Shown here piece by piece: positions 55,638 to 58,728 of a DNA stretch of 58,728 bases; within the stretch, counting starts at the first letter, position 1, and the number at the start of each line of letters is the position of its first letter. The stretch comes from a bacterium (lineage in GTDB: Bacteria > Hinthialibacterota > Hinthialibacteria > Hinthialibacterales > Hinthialibacteraceae). Made by a program: the position numbers and the translations under genes. The stretch spans positions 1-58,728 of the forward strand of contig CAXXSM010000164.1 in NCBI GenBank assembly GCA_963663405.2, read 5' to 3'. Below the pieces are notes generated by a model, which was given only the letters and a program-made list of their open reading frames with translations, was not told the origin of the DNA and ran no database searches.

Positions 55638-56396
55638 TTAGAATGAATTTGATTGCCCTAAAACGCGATACCAAGGCACATTAGATTTTGGAGTCCACCA
55701 GCGTTTTTGTTGATCCATCTGATCTGAGATTTTACACTGATTGAGATCAATTGTGATTTTTTGTCCTGTACGAATTCGATGAGAATTATTCTTATCTGAA
55801 AATTCGATTTCACCTTTCCATACGGATACTAGGATTTGATTTTCTAGTACGGTTAAATCGAATTCTGTTCCAATCGTGCGAATGAATCCAAGAGGGGTGT
55901 TAAATTCCCATTTCATTTCTTTGGATTCCTCATTCAGATAATGAATCCGGCCGGATTGGATATGTAATTTCCCTGAATCAAGATATTTTATAGAGGTTTT
56001 TTGGTCGAGAATCAGGAGAGATTTTTCACTTAAAGCTATTTGAACGGTGTTGCCCATCGTATTCAGTTCGTTTGAAGGTTTCAATTTTATAATGTTGTTC
56101 CTTATTACCCTATTCTTCCCGTTGACCTGGATTTTACAATCACCAGACAAAAAAGTTCCTTTCAAATGGCTGGATTGCATAAATATAAATAGAAAAATGA
56201 TAAATATAAATCCACTTAATAAAGCGGAATTTATATAAGGCCGTAGCAGAATCCATTGAAATTTATTTATCTGTGTATTATGAATCGTCTGAAAAATCTC
56301 CGATTCCAAGCCTTTATTAGATATTCGTTTTTCTAAACTTTTACGTAACTTTTCAGATAACAACCGATCGATATCAGAATCATTCAAGGGAGTCAT
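55638..56396 (-). CDS. FecR-type anti-sigma factor
   Basis: Single TM; TPLGFIRTIGTEFDL, VSVWKGEI; overlaps the sigma gene. Confidence 0.8.
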   Translation of the reverse strand: MTPLNDSDIDRLLSEKLRKSLEKRISNKGLESEIFQTIHNTQINKFQWILLRPYINSALLSGFIFIIFLFIFMQSSHLKGTFLSGDCKIQVNGKNRVIRNNIIKLKPSNELNTMGNTVQIALSEKSLLILDQKTSIKYLDSGKLHIQSGRIHYLNEESKEMKWEFNTPLGFIRTIGTEFDLTVLENQILVSVWKGEIEFSDKNNSHRIRTGQKITIDLNQCKISDQMDQQKRWWTPKSNVPWYRVLGQSNSF

Positions 56397-56949
56397 GTTC
56401 TACCCTCCATTCTTGATAAAATGAATCGGGCAGTAATTCTCGAAGATGAGATCTTGCCCTTCGTAACCGGCTACTTACAGATTCCAATCCGATAGATAAA
56501 ACATCGGCGATTTCATTCATTTTCATTCCATCGACATAGTATAACATAAGTATTTCACGATCTTTAGGAGATAATTTGTCATAAGCGTTCATCAGAATGC
56601 CTTCAAGTTCTTTACAAAGAATCAAATTCTTTGGGGTATTGTTGTTCGATACTTGAACGCTTTTTCCTGAAAATAGCCACCGGATTTTATTTTTTCGGAG
56701 GTAATCTATCGTTTTATTATGAGCAATTCTATAGAGTGCGAATTTGAGATGAGGGATTTTTCGATTTTTTCTTACATAATTCATCCATAAACCAATAAAA
56801 GTGTCATGCACGATCTCATCAATATCCTCGGAGGAATTGACGTGGCATGAGACGAGTAATTTGATTTTTGTGCAATATCTATTGATGACCTGTCGAAACG
56901 CTAGTTCAGATCCATTCTGTAGCATTTCGATAAGATCGTCTTCTTCCAC
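56380..56949 (-). CDS. ECF sigma-70 factor
   Basis: AFRQVINRY, DEIVHDTFI.LW, LYRIAHNKTIDYLRK, LSPKDREIL, EIADVL..VSSRLRRAR. Confidence 0.92.
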   Translation of the reverse strand: MEEDDLIEMLQNGSELAFRQVINRYCTKIKLLVSCHVNSSEDIDEIVHDTFIGLWMNYVRKNRKIPHLKFALYRIAHNKTIDYLRKNKIRWLFSGKSVQVSNNNTPKNLILCKELEGILMNAYDKLSPKDREILMLYYVDGMKMNEIADVLSIGLESVSSRLRRARSHLRELLPDSFYQEWRVEHDSLE

Positions 56950-57049
56950 AATCTCCCCTCCTCGTTTAGATGAAAATTATGCTTTACTCTAATTATATAT
57001 AATTCGTTTGATATCAAGAAATCGGTCTCTAAAAACAGAAAAAATAGCA

Positions 57050-58522
57050 TCATTGCATTATTTTCCAAATATCTACCGCTGACGGTACTGGCGACGGAGT
57101 TGGCGTTGGAATTGGCGTTGGAATTGGCGCCGGTGTTGGTGTAGCATTGATAATATCCGAATCGTAAAAAAATACCCGGTAGGCTTTCGTTGCGCCTTCT
57201 TCTTCCAAAACAAAAATAAATTCTCCGTAGCCATTGCCGTCAATATCTCCCAAAATCGGTCTGTCCGTGAGATAACCTTCTATTCGAAAAACTATTGACT
57301 GCAAAATAGGATTAAGATCCGGTGACAAAATAGAAAAAAATAGTTTGTTCTCATGTGCCTGAACGGCTATATTCTCGTTACCCGGAGACAAGTGGACTAA
57401 TTCCGTTGCGCCAACATAATATTTTGCCTTTTGCAGGGTCATAATACGGTTCCGGTTCTGAGAAAAATCAATCCGATGAAGATTGAAATCATTAGCAAGA
57501 AATACGATCTCCAATTCTTCGTCATCATCAAGATTCCCCACGGACATATATTCAATGTTAATTGGTCCAATAACGATTTCATTTAAGAGTCTACCTGATA
57601 GGGTATCTAATTCTATGATGGAACGTAATTGATTGGATTCAGCCTGTATAGTTTGTACTCCTACAATGACGGTTTGATCACCATTGATTGTTTTGCCGAT
57701 GGATAAACGGGAAGGCCCTATATTTTCCGCTAATGATTGAGACCAAAGCAATTCAATCGTTTTGGTATCCTGTCCAATTCGATAGGCATGGATCCAGGAT
57801 GGAACTGTATCCGAAGGTTCTGTTGCCAGAAAAAGAAGCGATTCTTTCCATTCAGGATCTTGCGTGATGGCAAAATTGCCAGGTGATACCTTCTCAGGCA
57901 ATTCAACTGTATCGATAATAGAGGCGTCATCTACTGTATATATGTTCAATTCACCAAATGTTGAATCTCTCCTCTCACCGATTCCGATCAGGTCAAGTCG
58001 ATTATCGTAATCCAAATCCAACGATGCGTAAATTCTCTCATTCATTGTAGTATCAACACTATGGAATGAGAAAATTGTCTTTTTTTGTTTGACGCTATAA
58101 CCATAATGAATTGAATCTCCAGAGCCGGAAGAAACAGAAAACACAATATCTTTGGATTGATCTTGATCGAGATCGATAAGCGCGCCAAAATTGATCTCAT
58201 CATTGGCGCTGGCAGATGAAAAAATTGTTTCGGTATGGAAATCCATGAAATCAATCAACCAGATTTCCTTTTTATCTTCAGATGTGCCGATAACTTCTTG
58301 AAATCGGTCATCATCTACATCGCCACATAACAAATTGAGTAATGGAATATCAAGAGGGATCGTTTGGAAATCTAGCAGTGACTGAATATTTCGCTCAGCT
58401 GGTGAAAGATCTAAAAAAGAATGGGCTCCCACGTCACCAAAGGGATAACTCCAATCGTTATCAGCCCAACCTGACGTGGATAAAATAGATAAAAAGAAAA
58501 ATGGAAAGAAGATTCTACGCAA
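57050..58522 (-). CDS. Secreted FG-GAP/VCBS-repeat protein with Pro/Thr tail
   Basis: Signal peptide; GDVDDDRFQEV, DLDQDQSKDI, DLDYDNRLDL, GNLDDDEELEI, GDIDGNGYGE; ends PTPTPSPVPSAVDIWKIMQ. Confidence 0.8.
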   Translation of the reverse strand: MRRIFFPFFFLSILSTSGWADNDWSYPFGDVGAHSFLDLSPAERNIQSLLDFQTIPLDIPLLNLLCGDVDDDRFQEVIGTSEDKKEIWLIDFMDFHTETIFSSASANDEINFGALIDLDQDQSKDIVFSVSSGSGDSIHYGYSVKQKKTIFSFHSVDTTMNERIYASLDLDYDNRLDLIGIGERRDSTFGELNIYTVDDASIIDTVELPEKVSPGNFAITQDPEWKESLLFLATEPSDTVPSWIHAYRIGQDTKTIELLWSQSLAENIGPSRLSIGKTINGDQTVIVGVQTIQAESNQLRSIIELDTLSGRLLNEIVIGPINIEYMSVGNLDDDEELEIVFLANDFNLHRIDFSQNRNRIMTLQKAKYYVGATELVHLSPGNENIAVQAHENKLFFSILSPDLNPILQSIVFRIEGYLTDRPILGDIDGNGYGEFIFVLEEEGATKAYRVFFYDSDIINATPTPAPIPTPIPTPTPSPVPSAVDIWKIMQ

Positions 58523-58728
58523 TTATTAACCTTTAACTTTTACATTCTTCATATGATTATATCGAAAACTCTTCAAGTTTCGGTTTTAAATGAATCTTTT
58601 ATTTTTCGTTTTTAGCGTTTCTTCGAATGAGATGGGATGATATCTTTAATCAATATTTCTTATAAGGGAGAAAGTGATGTATCCATATTTTGATTCATGC
58701 GAAACAATTGAGTGGAAACATGGGAATA

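Overview
Bacterial window with three parts. (1) 1-9.8 kb: a GC-rich minus-strand redox operon, mvhD - metF - two GltB FMN/ferredoxin paralogs - GltB amidotransferase/GXGXG - hdrC - hdrB - an HdrA(N)/NuoE fusion - start of a probable NuoF-like gene. A tandem TGGATC-N10-GATCCA palindrome lies upstream. Many single-base frameshifts here and elsewhere look like long-read assembly errors. (2) 11-18 kb: mobile-element debris (ISL3/IS21 scraps, primase C-terminus, excisionase-like HTH) and a GH106-like gene split by a complete ISL3 with an 8-bp target duplication. (3) From a tRNA-Thr(TGT) 3' fragment (att) and a P4-type integrase at about 17.9 kb rightwards: a probable genomic island. It carries an AAA-DUF4143 ATPase, carbohydrate-active cargo, many IS copies or remnants and an AT-rich block of secreted proteins. 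Further right are a PAS/PocR hybrid kinase, an attC-like site, a Kef-type antiporter, a nucleoside hydrolase, a prepilin, and an ECF sigma/FecR pair with an FG-GAP surface protein. The most striking candidates are a 1656-aa secreted protein fusing a V8-like serine protease to an animal-type (Factor XIII/TG2-like) transglutaminase, and the Hdr-Mvh-Nuo module coupled to MetF and a split glutamate synthase. All family calls come from motif recognition by eye; no database searches were run.
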